Shown: positions 11,695 through 25,068, counted from the first letter of the stretch. The stretch: 64,000 bases of DNA from Mobula hypostoma (GCF_963921235.1 NC_086108.1:91390001-91454000), one strand, 5' to 3'. Numbers and translations: made by a program. Notes: generated from the letters alone by a model not told the origin.

Positions 11695-14392
11695 TTATTT
11701 TATTCATTTTTATCTTATTTAGAGATACAACGTGGAACAGGACCTTCTAGTAAATGAGACACGCCACCCAGTAATCCACCTATTTTAACATTAGCCTAAT
11801 CACAGGACAATTTACAATGAGCAACTAACCAGCATGTCTTTGGACTGTGGGAGAAACTGGTGCACCCGGAGGAAACCCATACGGTCACAGGGAGAACGTA
11901 CAAACTCCTAACAGACAGCAGCAGAATTGAACTCCAGACTCTGATGCCATGAGCTGTAATAGCTTTGCACGGTATCATAAGACCATAAGACCTTAAGACA
12001 TAAGCAGAATTAGGCTCATCGTATCTGGTCCGCCATTCCATCATGGCTGGTCCCGGATCCCACTCAACCCCATTACACCTGCCTTCTGCCATATCCTTTG
12101 ATGTCCTGACTCATCATGAAACTATCAGCCTCCGCCTTAAATATACTCATGGTCTTGGCCTCCACCGCAGTCTGTGGCAGAGCATTCCACAGACTCACTA
12201 CTCTTGGCTAAAAAAATTCCTCCTTACCTCTGTTCTAAAGGGTCACCCCTCAAATTTGAGGCTGCGCCCTCTATTTCTGGATTCCCCCACCACAGGAAAC
12301 ATCCTCTCCACATCCACCTATGTAGTCCTTTCAACGTTCGGTAGGTTTCAATAAGATCCCCACCCAACCCTCCCATTCTTCTAACTTCCAGTGAGTACAG
12401 GCCCAAAGCTGCAAAATGCTCCTCATATGTTAACTCCTTCATTCCCAGAATCATCCTCATGAACCTCCTCTGGACTCTCTCTAATGACACTACATCGTTT
12501 CTGAGATATGGGGCCCAAAACTGTTGACAATATTCCATGTGCAGCCTGACTAGTATCATATAAAGGCTCAGCATTATCTCCTTGCTTTTATATTCTATCC
12601 CCCTTGAAATAAATGCCAACATTGCATTTTCCTTCTTTACCACAGACTCAACCTGTAAATTAACCTTCTGGGAGTCTTGCACTAGAACTCCTAAGTCCTT
12701 CTGCACTTTTGATGTTTGAACCTTCTCCCCATTTAGTAGTTCGTATTATGGTCCCTTTTATCAAAATGCATTATCATACAATTCCCAACACTGTGTTCCA
12801 TCTGCCACTTTTTTGCTCATTCCTCCTATTTGTCTAAGTCCAATACTGACCCCTGAGGAACACCGGTAGTCGCTGGCAGTCAACCAGAAAATGCTCCTTT
12901 TATTCCTACTCGCGGCCTTCTGCCTGTCAACCATTCCTCTATCCATACCAGTATCTTTCCTGTAACGCCATAGGATTTTATTTTGTTGAACAGCCTCATG
13001 TGTGGCACATTATCAAATGTCTTCTGAAAATCCAAGTAAATGACATCCACTACCTCTCCTTTGTCCGCCCTGCTTGTTACTTCCTCAAAGAACTCTAACA
13101 GATTTATCAGGCAAGATTCCCCTTGACAGAAGCCATGCTAACTTTGACTTATTTTATCATTACTCTCCAAGTAGCTTGAAACCTCATCCTTACTAATAGA
13201 CTCCAGCACTTTCCCAACCACTGAGGTTAGGCTAACTGGCCTATAATTTCCTTTCATTTGTTTCCTCCCTTCTTAAAGAGTGGAGTGACATTTGCAATCT
13301 TCCAGTCCTCTGGGACCATGCCAGAATCAAGTGACTCTTGAAAGATCATGACCAATGCATCCATTATCTCTTCAACTACCTCTTTCAGGACTCTGGGATG
13401 TAGTCCATCTGGTCCAGGTGATTTATCCAACTTAATATTTTTGAGTTTCCCTAGCACTTCTGCCTTTGTAATAGCAATGGCACTCACTCCTGCTCCCTGG
13501 CACTCTCGGACCTCTAGCACACCGCTAGTGTCTTCCACAGTGAAGACAGATGCAAAGTAATCATTAAGTTCATCTGCCATTTCATGTCCCCCATTACGAC
13601 CTCACCAGCATCATTTTCCAGTGGTCCAATATTAACTCTCACCTCTCTTTTACTCTTTATATAACTGAAAAAACTTTTAGTATCCTGCTTTATATTATTG
13701 GCTAGTCTGCCCTCACAGTTCATCTTTTCCCTTCTTAAAGTTTTTTTAGCTGCCTTTTTTTGGATTTTAAAAGCTTCCCAATCATCCAACTTCCCACCCA
13801 CTTTTGCTACCTTAAATGCCTTTCCTTGGTTTTTATGCAGTCCTTAACATCCTTTGGCAGCCACGGATGCCCATCCCGGCCATTTGAGGACTTCTTCCTC
13901 CGTAGGACATATCTATCCTACACCTTGTGAACTATTCCCAGACACTTCAGCCATCTCTGCTCTGCCGTCATCCCCACCAGTATCCTCATCCAATCCACCT
14001 GGGAAAGTTCCTCTCTCATTCATGCCCCTGTAATACCCTTTATTTCATTGCCAATCTCATACATGGGAGTTATGCTTTTCCCTCTCAAATTACAGTATGA
14101 ATCCAATCATATTATGATCACTGCCTTCTAAGGGTTCTTTTATGTTAAGCTCCCTGATAAGATCTGGGTTATTATACAAGAATCAATCTAAGATAGCCTT
14201 TCCCTGAGTAGGCTCAAGAACAAACTGCTCTAAAAAGCCATCTCATAGGTATTCAACAAATTCCCTCCCTTGCAATCTGGCACCAACCTGATTTTCCCAA
14301 TCCCTTTGCATATTGAAGTCCCCCATTACAATTGTGTCATTACCCCTATCACCTGCCTTTTCCAGGTAACCGCTATGCTACTGTGGTGCCCA
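11695..14392 (-). mobile_element. V-SINE split by a CR1 insertion (11695-11974 and 14365-14392)
   Basis: V domain at about 11840-11920; SINE head resumes as TAACCGCTATGCTACTGTGG after the CR1. Confidence 0.8.
11975..14364 (-). mobile_element. 5'-truncated CR1 LINE (EN C-terminus, RT, 3' UTR), pseudogenised
   Basis: KSPGPDGLHPRVLKE, EDWKIANVTPLFKKG and QKDLGVLVQDS motifs in several frames; GGTA repeated at both junctions. Confidence 0.95.
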
Positions 14393-14509
14393 TGTGTTAT
14401 CTTAATAAATGAATTAGTACTACTACAGAAAATATAGCCAAGGATTTTCTTAAAATTATATGAATATGCTTGTGTGCTAATGTACAACCTGGGGTGAACA
14501 GTTTTACAG

Positions 14510-14765
14510 ATAAAAGATCTGCTGCTTCCAGTAACCTGAGTTTAATCATGTCTCTCTCCGTTGACTATACATTTTCTCCCTGTGACCCCACATCCCTAAG
14601 ACATGTCAGTTGATAGATTAATTAGTACATAGGTGTGTGGTAGATTCTGGAGGGATTGATGGGAATATCGGAAGAGCAAAATGGGATCAATGCAGGATTA
14701 ATGTAACTGTAGTCTTACTGGACAGATTGGCCTGTTTCAATGCTGTATCACAATGTTACTCTATA
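14510..14765 (+). mobile_element. Degraded V-SINE
   Basis: TTCTCCCTGTGACC, CACATCCCTAAGACATG and CR1-like GGCCTGTTTCAATGCTGTAT tail. Confidence 0.55.
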
Positions 14766-14846
14766 GAAACTTCACCGCAAATACTTTAATATTAATGAGC
14801 CTCATAAACAGTTTATCCAGTTAAGGATTATACCATCTCAAGTATA

Positions 14847-15381
14847 CACTCAATGGCTTCTTTGTTAGGTGCCTCCTGCATCTAATAAAGTGACCACTGA
14901 GTATATATTTCGGGTTTTCTGCAGTTGCATTCCATCTTACTTCGAGGTTCAACGTGTTGTGAGTTCAGAGATGCTCTTCTACACACCACTGTTGTAATGT
15001 GTCGTTACTTTGAGTTACTGTCACCTTCCTGTCAGCTTGAACCAGTCTGGCCATTATCCTCTGACCTCTCTTGTTAACAAGACGTTTTCACACACAGAAT
15101 TGCCGCTCACTGGATGTTTATTTTTTGTTTCTCACACCACATTCTGTAAACTGTAGTACATGAAAAGCTCAAAAGCTCTGCAGTTTCTGAGATCATCAAA
15201 TCACCCCATCTGGCGCCAATAATTATTCCATGCTCATAGTCACTGAGGTCCCCATTCTAATGTTTGGTCTAAACATCAATTTGACCATGTCTGCTCGGGT
15301 TGCTGCCATATGATTAGCTGATTGGATATTTGCATTAACGAGCAGGTGTTTATGTATACCTTATAAAGTGGCCACTGAGTG
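14847..15381. mobile_element. Non-autonomous Tc1-like element
   Basis: TA|CACTCAATGGCTTCTTTGTTAGG and CCTTATAAAGTGGCCACTGAGTG|TA inverted termini; extra right-TIR copy at 14881-14903. Confidence 0.8.
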
Positions 15382-16285
15382 TACTTAAAAAGCAGACTTA
15401 TTTAAGTCACAGCTCTTCAAAACAGAGCATTTAGACATGGGCTGTTCACTCATCAACAGCAATCTGTTAGCTCATCAAACTTCTATTAAGATAAAACTTG
15501 ATGGTGAAAATTACTGATTAGCTGTTTTCTAACCCTGCTCTGAGGTCATATACAGAAAGGTCATGAAATGGGATAATACCCAGAACTACTTTAGGAGTCT
15601 AATCTTTCAGAAGCCATAATAGAAATCATTTCACCTTCGGAAATGATTATAAATATTGAGTTCAAAGCTGTTCAAATGGATCCGGAGAAATGAAATGTTT
15701 GCCTAAGTGACATGAAAAAATAGCACAGAGAATAGATTCTGGTATATAAGATATCAAAACAATGACAGCATGTTACGGCAGCTTTTTCATGAGTACAGAC
15801 AGGAATTAGTTATAATGATATTTTTACTACTGAACGAGGAACAGCAAAGTCCCATCATAGATTTTTGCCCTAAATTACTGATTTGTGTCATCTAATTGAA
15901 ATGTCCAACAGACTCCAACATCTCTAACACGGAAAAATTAGGCTCATTGAATTACAAAATGAAAGCTGATGGAAATTGCTTTTATTTTTAAAAAATCTTC
16001 ATTTGATAACACTTTGGAAACACTTATGAGTATGACACATTTTAATGGTTTCCAGTGCATTTGAAAACTATATTAAATTTGCATCCTTGAGTAGGTTTCT
16101 TTAATTCATATTTGAAGTGCAAAAACACATCCCCCATTCTACACAGAGGCTGATTAACTCTTCCTTGATTCAGAATCAGGTTAAATATCACTGGCATATG
16201 TCATGAAATTTGTTGTTACGTGGCACTGTACAATGCAATACATAATAATAAAAAACTTTAAATTACATTAAGTATTTTATATATA

Positions 16286-17735
16286 CAGTGGCATGCAAAA
16301 GTTTGGGCACCTCTGGTCAAAATTTCTGTTACTGTGAATAGCTAAACGAGTAAAAGATGACCTGATTTCCAAAAGGCATAAATTTCCAAAAGGCATAAAA
16401 AAGGCTATCTTAGATTGATTCTTGTATAATAACTCAGATGACACATTTCTTTAATATTTTAATCAAGATTACTTTTTTATTTCCATCTTTTACAGTTTCA
16501 AAATAACAAAAAAGGAAAAGGGCCCAAAGCAAAAGTTTAGGCACCCTGCATGGTCAGTACTTAGTAACACCCCCTTTGGCAAGTATCACAGCTTGTAAAC
16601 ACTTTCTGTAACCAGCTAAGAGTTTTTCAATTCTTGTTTGGGGATTTTTGCCCATTCTTCCTTGCAAAAGACTTCTAATTCTGTGAGATTCTTGGGCTGT
16701 CTTGCATACACTGCTCTTTTGAGGTCTATCCACAGATTTTCAATGATGCTTAGGTCGGGGGACTGTGAGGGCCATGGCAAAACCTTCAGCTTGCACCTCT
16801 TGAGGTAGTCCATCGTGGATTTTGAGGTGTGTTTAGGATCAATATCTTGTTGTAGAAGCCATCTTCTTTTCATCTTCAGCTTTTTAACAGACAGTGTGAT
16901 GTTTGCTTCCAGAATTTGCTGGTATTTAATTGAATTCATTCTTCCCTCTACCAGTGAAATGTTCCCCATGCCACTGGCTGCAACACAAGCCCAAAGCATG
17001 ATCGGTCCACCCCCGTGCTTAACAGTTGGAGAGGTGTTCTTTTCATGAAATTCTGCACCCTTTTTTTCTCCAAACATACCTTTTCTTATTGTGATCAAAA
17101 AGTTCTATTTTAACTTCATCAGTCCACAGGACTTGTTTCCAAAATGCATCAGGCTTGTTTAGATGTTCTTTTGCAAACTTCTGATGGTCTTCCAGACCTC
17201 AACTTGACCTCCACTGTTCCTGTTAACTGCCATTTCTTAATTACATTATGAACTGAGGAAACGGCTACCTGAAAACGCTTTGCTATCTTCTTATAGCCTT
17301 CTCCTGCTCTGTGGGCATCATTTATTTTAATTTTCAGAGTGCTAGGCAGCTGCTTAGAGGAGCCCATGGATGCTGATGGTTGGGACGAGGTTTGAGGAGT
17401 CAGGGTATTTATAAAGCTGTGAAGTTTGCATCACCTGACCTTTCCTAATGATGATTGTGAACAAGCCATAGCCCTAACAAGCTAATTAAGGTCTGAGACC
17501 TTGGTAAAGGTTATCTGAGAGCTCAAATCTCTTGGAGTGCCCAAACTTTTGCATGGTGTTTCTTTCCTTTTTTTCACTCTAAAATTGTACAAAACTAAAA
17601 TAATACACTAATCTTGCTTAAAATGTTGAAAAGAATGTTTCATCTTTAACTTCATGACTTTTCAGTTCATCTTCCACTCACTTTTCACAGTTACCTAAAT
17701 TTTGACCGGGGTGCCCAAACTTTTGCATACCACTG
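16286..17735 (-). mobile_element. Tc1 transposon (IR/DR-type long TIRs), internally deleted transposase
   Basis: TA|CAGTGGCATGCAAAAGTTTGGGCACC...GGTGCCCAAACTTTTGCATACCACTG|TA with inner direct repeats near 16530 and 17540; GYKKIAKRF HTH, TVKHGGGPIMLW, LQQDIDPKH and WPSQSPDLSIIENLW motifs. Confidence 0.96.
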
Positions 17736-17761
17736 TATATATTTAAAAAGTTAAATTAAAT

Positions 17762-18120
17762 AACACATACAAAATGCTGGAGGAACTCAGCCAGTCAGGC
17801 AGCATCAATGGAAATGAATGAATAGTTGACGTTTTGGGCCAAGATCCTGCTTCAGGACTGAGAAGGAAGGGGAAAGGTGGCAGAATAAAAAGGTGAGGGA
17901 GGCAAAGGATGCAAGCTGGAAGGCGATAAGAGAAGCCAGGTGGGTGGGAAAGGTCAAGGGCTGGAGAAGAAGGAATCTGATAGGTGAGGAGAGGGGACCA
18001 TAGGAGTAGGGGACCTGGGGGAAGTAACAGTCAGGTAAGAAGAGGTAAAAGGTCAGAGTGGAGAATAGAAGAAGGGGGCGGTGGAATTTGTTTACTGGAA
18101 AGAGAAATCAATATTTATGC
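17762..18120 (-). mobile_element. Penelope-like 3' fragment with decayed hammerhead
   Basis: Reverse strand: ORF end (NIDFSFQ*), CT-rich UTR, AGTCCTGAAGCAGGATCTTGGCCCAAAACGTCAACT, pLTR tail; AAATTAAAT on both sides. Confidence 0.85.
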
Positions 18121-18956
18121 AAATTAAATTAAACAAATAGTGCAAAAAGAGAAAAAAAAATAGTGATCTAGTGTTCATGGGTCAATGTCCATTCAGAAAT
18201 CTAGTGACAGAGGGAAGGAAGCTATTCCTGAATCATTGCCTGTGTGCCTTAAGGTACTATATCTCCTCCCTGATGGTAGCAATGAGAAGAGGGCATGTCT
18301 GGGGTAAAGGGGGTCCTCGATGATGGACACTGCCTTTTGGAAGCTTCACAACTTACTGTCCTGGATGCTGTGGAGGTTAGTGCCCATGATGGAGCTGACT
18401 GAGTTCACAACTTTCTACTAACTACAACAGCAGTTGACAAAAGATTAGAAGAGAGCGCAAAAGATTAGAAGGATTTGAAAATAAGTTGGCAGGCAATGAG
18501 TAAGAAAAATAGGAGGAGAGCAATGGAACCAGATCTACTCTCTCTCAGGAACAACCCATGAATTAGCTGCAGCAGTCAGCATAGCTAATTAACATAATCA
18601 TTTTATCGTTGTGCATATATATATAGAACTGTAACCCATTTTCTTGGTCTGTGTTTAACTGTATTTATGGATGATAAGCAGGATATTCTGTATACGTGAA
18701 AAGTAATATCGTGCCAAAGAATCAGGCTGAGGGTTTAATAGAATTTCAAGGGATATTCTTTTCAGAGCAATAATTCTAGTGGTTGGTCACTTGCAGAGGA
18801 AAGAACAATAACAGCAATCCTGCTACAGTTTATGCCATGAGGAGTAAGCAGTAGATCCAATACCCATATCACGGGGGAAGCTGAAGGGCCTTTTGCAATG
18901 TAACCGACATAAACTGGGAAACAAGTTTGTTCAACTTTTATCAAGTGACTATTTGT

Positions 18957-19333
18957 TACCATAAGACCATCAGACATAGGAGCAGAATTAGGCTCTTCAG
19001 CCCATTGAGTCTGCTCTGTCATTCCATCGTGGCTGATTTATTATCCCTCTCAACCCCACTCTCTTGCCTTCTCCCTATAACTTTTGACACTTTTACTAAT
19101 CAAGAACTGATCAAATTCTGTTTCAGATGTACCTAACGGCTTGGCATCCAAAGACATCTGTGGCAATGAATTCCACAGATTCACCACACCCTGGCTAAAG
19201 GAATTCCTCCTAATCTCTGTTCTAAAGAGATATCCTTCTATTCTGAGGCTGTGCCCTCTCATCCTACACTATAGGAAACATCTTCTCGAAAGTCCATTCT
19301 ATATAGGCCTTTCAATATTCAGTAAGTTTCAAT
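18957..19333 (-). mobile_element. CR1 3' fragment
   Basis: RGHSLRIEGYLFRTEIRRNSFSQGVVNLWNSLP and tail. Confidence 0.92.
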
Positions 19334-20322
19334 ATGCAGGAACAATTCTTAGATATGCAACACTCAGGCAGCCTCTGGTCCTCCTGCTTTGTCAGTGTTA
19401 AGGGTTGCATCTACATGCTATGAAACTGACTAAGCATGCGGACAAAGCCTTATGTACCTGTAGAATACACCTGCCGTAAATTTAAAGAGTTCTTGCAAAA
19501 GTGCAGATTAGAATAAAGAGTAAGCCACTCAGTCTCCTTTTCCACGTTAAGGACAACAATAAAGGTTATAACAATAACAGGTGTTCTGTAGAAGGCTGCC
19601 CCTAGTGGATTAATAATGCAACAGGAAATGCTCGAGCTCCCGATCCAATACTGGCATCTGTCTTGATTTGTGGAAATACTGTCCTGAAGGCGGCAGTTTG
19701 ATCATAATCGTGATTTGTGGCATTGATTTAATCTCAAAGTATTCCAACATTAGAAATAAAACATTTTGAAAATCAACATGCCTGTTACCTATTTCCCACC
19801 TCAGGGGAATTGTGAAGATTAAATGACCACGAGTCCAATTCTTGGAGACGTTAATCTGCTTATTGTGCTCCTCCACTAACATGCAATAGAAATAAAGTAC
19901 AGCATGTATTCAGATCATTGTGTGTTGAAATGCGACATGCTGAATTTTCAAAACAGGAGAGTGGCCACCTGTTGCTATGGTTACACAGTATTTCAAACCC
20001 CAAAACAATAAAGAGGTGGATGAACTTCTTTGTTGTGATAATAGGTAATGCAGTGGAACACTTTGCATTGTAAACCAATGCTGCCTTGTGCTCCTCTAAA
20101 GGAAAAATAACTGTTGTTTCTAAAATTATGTACTGGTAGATGAAAATGTGAAAAAAAAAATTTTGTCTATGTTAATTCACAACCAGTGTGTTTATTCCCC
20201 TTTGAAAAGGAGCTAACAGAATAAAAAAAAGGAACGTCCCTCATTTAATTTTGCGACCTAACAGAAGATAAATCTAATGCTAAGTTTGTGCATGCAGATA
20301 GCAGACAGATTGGAAAGAGAAT

Positions 20323-20414
20323 GCACACAAAGTGCTGGAGGAACTCAAATGGTTAGGCAACATTTTGTGTGTGTTGCTCAATGCTTCTGGCATCTATAGA
20401 ACCTCTTGTGTTTA
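20323..20414. mobile_element. 92-bp PLE-derived insert made of two oppositely oriented pLTR pieces
   Basis: CACACAAAGTGCTGGAGGAACTCA then CATTTTGTGTGTGTTGCTC; GAAAGAGAAT at 20313-20322 and 20415-20424. Confidence 0.8.
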
Positions 20415-20509
20415 GAAAGAGAATATTTTACTTAAAGTCATGAATGGCACAATGAGAAAGATCTAATATGTCAACACAGTCAAGGAATGGGGCAGCATTC
20501 TACAGTATG

Positions 20510-20920
20510 TAGTCATTGAGTCATAGAGCACTACAACACAGAAACAGCCACATGGAGTCTGTGCCGAGCTATTAATATACTTGGTCCCAAAACCCTGCAC
20601 TCACACCATAGCCCTCCTTATCCCTCTCATCCATGTACCTAGCCAAATTTCTCATAAACATTGAAATCAAACCCACATCCATCGCTTCCGTTGACAGCTC
20701 ATTCCACACCTTCACCACCCTCTGAGTGAAGATGTTCTCCTTAAAACGTTACACATTCACCCTTAACCCATGACTACCAGTTCTTGTCTTACACAACCTC
20801 AAAGGAAAAAGCCTACTTGCACTTACCCCATCTATATCCCTCATAATTTTGTACACCACTATCAAATCTCCTCTCATTGTCCTACACTCTAGGGAATAAA
20901 GTCCGAAACTACTCCACAAG
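20510..20920 (-). mobile_element. CR1 3' fragment (second CR1 subfamily)
   Basis: GLYSLECRTMRGDLIVVYKIMRDID motif and tail. Confidence 0.9.
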
Positions 20921-20934
20921 GAAACTATTCCTAA

Positions 20935-21490
20935 ACTAGGCCTTGTTGTGTCTAGGTATGCCTGCATGATTCTATTATCACAATTGAAACCTGGCTGAGT
21001 ACTGAAGACCTGTGCTAACCAGCTACCTGTAGTGTTCACTGATGTCTTTAACCTCCCGCTTTAGCTGACTGAGGTACCCATCTGCTTCAAGCAGGCATCA
21101 TTTATACAAGTTCCCAAGAAGAACATAGTAACCTGTGCCAATGATTATCATACAGTGGCATGCACTGTGATAAAGTGCTTTGAAGTACCCCACCCCACTT
21201 TTGTAATAAAAAGGGCTATGTTCATGACATTTGAATAACACAAACCCCACCCTTGGTGATTTCATTATTGTGCACATTTTGTTCTCTATAAGAACAATAC
21301 AGCTCTATGAGAGCTGTCAACGGAAGGTGGCTCTATAGGCCACCTAATTAGTCTTGTGTCATCAGCCAGTCTCACCATTGAGCATACCTTCAAGGAGCGC
21401 TGTCAAAGGAAAGCAGCCTCCATCACCAAGGACCCCCACCATCCAGGCCATGCTCTCCTCACACTGCTGAAGGTTCAGGAACAGCTATTC
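20935..21490 (+). mobile_element. Rex1/Babar RT and 3' fragments
   Basis: LKTCANQLPVVFTDVFNL...VPKKN remnant near 21000-21185 and ITKDPHHPGHAL near 21420. Confidence 0.75.
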
Positions 21491-21955
21491 AACATTTATT
21501 GAATGTACGTAGTATACAGAATAAGGCAGATAATCTTGTAGCACAGTTAGAGGTTGGCAGGTAGGGCATTGTGGGCATCACTGAGTCATGGCTGAAAGAA
21601 GATTATAGCTAGCTGGAGCTTAGCGTCCAAGGATTACACATTGCATTGAAAGGGCAGGCAGGTAGGCAGAGTGGGTGGGATGGCTCAATTTGTGAAAAAT
21701 GAAATCAAATCCTTAGAAAGAGGTGACATAGGATCAGGAGATGCAGAATCGCTGAGGGTACAGTTTTTAAAAAACTACAAGGATAAAGATACCTTGATGG
21801 GAGGTATACACAGGCCTCTGTACAGTAGCCAGGAAGTACATCCTAGTTGCCAGATTACAATGGGAGATAGAAAAGGCAGGTAAAAAAGGGCAGTGTTATG
21901 ATAGTCATGGAGGATTTTAATATGCAGGTAGATTGGGAAAATCAGGTTGGTGCAG
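21490..21955 (+). mobile_element. CR1 ORF2 APE-endonuclease fragment
   Basis: LNVRSIQNK, IVGITESWL, GIHRP and VMEDFN remnants; parallels 58955-59400. Confidence 0.85.
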
Positions 21956-22084
21956 AACTGATATTACTTATCTTTGGTATGCAACCAACTACTCCATGGA
22001 ATCTTCCAAGTTAAAGCTAGATTTCAAATGAAATTATTAGATTTAACAAACAACCACAACAATATGGTACTTAATCCTCAAGAA

Positions 22085-22530
22085 GATTCAGAATGAGCAT
22101 CAGATTTATTATCACTGACATACGTTGTGAAATTTGGTGTTGTGTGGCAGTTGTACAGTGCAATACACAAAAAAAAAGTTACAATAAGAAATATTAAAAG
22201 TAACTAAATAGTGTAAAGAGAGAACAAAATAGAGAGGTATCACTCAGAAACCTGATGGCTGAGGGGAAGAGAATCTTCATAAAACATTGAGCCTGTGTCT
22301 TCCGGCTTCTGTACCTCCTCCCTGATGGCAGCAATGAGAAGAGGGCATGTCCTGGATTGTAAAAAAAATGCCACCTTCCTGGTGCCCATGATGGAGCTGG
22401 CTCAGTTACAACTCTCTGCACCATTTTACCATTCTGAGCATTGACTACTCCATACCCGACATCGATGCAACCAGTCAGAATGCCGTCCACCACACACCTG
22501 TTCAAATTTGCTAGAGACTTTGGTGACATA
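22085..22530 (-). mobile_element. Rex1/Babar LINE 3' fragment
   Basis: ILTGCIDVGYG...PGHALFSLLPSGRRYRS...FPSAIRFL. Confidence 0.9.
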
Positions 22531-23439
22531 CTTAATAGCTATATTAAATATAAGAACACTAATAAGGTGCTGCAATCATAGAGGTCTTAATTTAAGATCA
22601 ATCTCGTGCTGTATGCAAGAACAGCTCTTCATTCATTATGATCTGTTCCTTCACCAATCACCACCGCTCTCCCTGAATGCTCTGTGACTCATTGTCTGTT
22701 CTCTCTTCAACTTCATTCTTCCATCGTGACTATAACTAAGGCTTGCTGCAAGCTGGAGATATAACACTGTAGAGGCTTGCTGTGCTTGTTATGTGTACTG
22801 TTGATCCATTTGATTCTGCTTCAACAGAAGGTACATTATGAATACATAAATACCCTGAGCCATTTACAGAAGCTTCTAAATCATTATTACACATAATATA
22901 GCAAAATTGTCTACAATTACATGTGCACGGGCTTGCAGTGTAACATAGTAAACAAATAATGTCTTTTATGATTAATGTGCTAAACATTAGTAGTTCTGAA
23001 CAATATCATCTTTGTTGCATCAGCCTTCTAAATTCTCTGAATGCTCATGATGAGAAGCAAATTGCTTAATATCATTTGGTCAACACCAGTCCTGTGAGGG
23101 ACTCACAGGCAACTTCACTTTGAGATAACAATTATTTCCCATGTTTGTTCCTGCCATCAAGAAAGCATAATGCTAGCTTTCATTATCTCTGCTTTTTTTT
23201 ACTTGCTAGATAGTTTCTTTAGATATCTAAATACATGCTTCACTACTATTTGCAGTGGTAAATAAGCTGCCTCCAACAAGAGGAAGTTGGATGAAGTACA
23301 CTGGACACTGACTGACAATTTCTTCACTGACTCTCCTGTCATCATTCATCCTAAGGGTCACCAGAGATCAGCTGCTCAACACAACCACAGTGGACAGAAG
23401 AACAAAAGTTAGAGGCTGAATACTCTTGAGCTGGTGACA

Positions 23440-23965
23440 ACTCAAAAAGGTGGCACCTATCATTAAGGACCCCCACCACCCAGGACATGTCCTCTTCTCA
23501 TTACTACCATCAAGAAGGAGGTACAGGAGCCTGAAGGTATACATTCAATGTTCCTCCACTACCTGTAAGGAGCTTGTACGTTCTCCCCTTGACCGCATGA
23601 GTTTCCGCCGGGTGCTCCGGTTTCCACCCACAGTCCAAAGACGTACCAGTAAGTAGGATAATTGGTCATTGTAAATTGCCCCATGATTGGGCTAGGATTA
23701 AATAGGGGGATTGCTGGGTGGTGTGGCTCGAAGGGCCAGAGGGGTCTATTCCATGTTGTTTCTCAATAAATAAATAAATAAACGTTCTTCCCCTTCACCA
23801 TCAGATTTCTAAATGGTCACTACCTCACTATTTTTCCTCTCTTTTTGCACTACTCGTTTACTTCTAATATACATTTCTTTTTTGCAATTTATGGTATATT
23901 TTATGTATTGCTGCTGTGAATAGCAAACGTTACGACATATGTCAGTGATAATAAACCTGATTGTG
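23440..23965 (+). mobile_element. Rex1/Babar 3' fragment with an internal V-SINE (about 23550-23782)
   Basis: IIKDPHHPGHVLFSLLPSRRRYRSLK, then V domain and (AATA)n SINE end, then TTCTTCCCCTTCACCATCAGATTTCT resumes the LINE. Confidence 0.85.
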
Positions 23966-23989
23966 ACTGGCCTACATCCTGACATTCTG

Positions 23990-24310
23990 AAGCATTTCTG
24001 CTACCTATAAGACACAGATCAAGAGTCTGATGGAATATTCTCTGCTTCCCTGGATGAGTGCAGCTCTGACAACACTCAAGAAGCTCAAGAACCATGCGGG
24101 AAAAGCAACCTGATTGACTGGAACCTTACCTAATACTCTAAAGTATTAATTCACTCTACCACTGGTGTACTGTGGTTTCTATGCTTAACATCTATGCACT
24201 GCAACTACATGTTTAAGCCATTCCAGCAGCACCCGAACCGATATCCTCCAGTACCACGACAGACAAGGGCAGCAGGAGCATCGGAACACAACTATTTCAA
24301 GTCACACTCT
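23990..24310 (+). mobile_element. Older CR1-group LINE RT C-terminal fragment
   Basis: YKTQIKSLMEYSLLPWMSAALTTLKKL; related piece on minus at about 41970-42163 (YKAHVGSRMEYAP). Confidence 0.7.
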
Positions 24311-24369
24311 ATCCTGAAACAACATTTATTAAAAATATAATCCTCATTTCAAATCCTCTCTCTCCAAAG

Positions 24370-25068
24370 CATCATAGAGGTGGTGGGGCTGTGCCCAAGA
24401 GCGTATCAAAGCAGCAGATCCTGGGTCCGAGAGCAAGGCACGGCCCAAAGTTTGGGTGGTTTAAGCGCCAGGCCGGAATGTAAAAGGTCAGGATGGGCCT
24501 GTTCAGCTTGTTGTTCTACAAGGCTCATCTCTGCACTGAAATGAGGCTGTAGTCAGCTCCTGAATTCCTGAATGATGCGAAGAAATTTTTTTAGCCGGAG
24601 GGCGGTGAATCTATGGAATTTGTTGCCACGGGCAGCAGTAGAGGCCAAGTCATTGGGTGTATTTAAGGCAGAGATTGATAGTTATCTGAGTAGCCAGGGC
24701 ATCAAAGGTTATGGTGAGAAGGCGGGGGAGTGGGACTAAATGGGAGAATGGATCAGCTCATGATAAAATGGGGGAGCAGACTCAATGGGCCGAATGGCCG
24801 ACTTCTGCTCCTTTGTCTTATGGTCTTATAAATTGGCTGCAATGATGCCTGGCTTCATGTCTGTGGACTCACTTTTGTGAATATCAGTTCTGAATGGTAT
24901 CTGCTTAGTTTCATTGTTTGCGTGATTTTTTTTTTGCTCTCTGCACATTGTGTGTTGTAAGGTCTACTTTAATGGGTTCTGTTGGGTTTCTTTTATTTGT
25001 GGCTGCCTGTAGGAAGACTGTATAAACTATACATACTTTGATAACAAATGTACTTTGAACTTTTTGAA
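24370..25068 (+). mobile_element. Non-autonomous retroelement with Rex-type tail, interrupted by a CR1 3' end (about 24572-24828)
   Basis: Ends in TACTTTGATAACAAATGTACTTTGAAC like 11610-11645; the CR1 insert ends TGTCTTATGGTCTTAT. Confidence 0.6.

Larger units (their letters stand above)
16168..18420 (-). mobile_element. Rex1/Babar LINE 3' fragment hosting a Tc1 and a PLE insertion
   Basis: Tail ATTCAGAATCAGGTT...CATATGTCATGAAATTTGTTG and body CTCCCTGATGGTAGCAATGAGAAGAGGGCATG join across the inserts. Confidence 0.8.

Noticed and set aside
16616..17367. Active Tc1 transposase
   Set aside because: Internal deletion and frameshifts separate the HTH from the catalytic domain
19785..19830. MIR/CORE-like word CCTCAGGGGAATTGTGAAGATTAAATGA
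   Set aside because: Too short, with no flanking SINE head or tail
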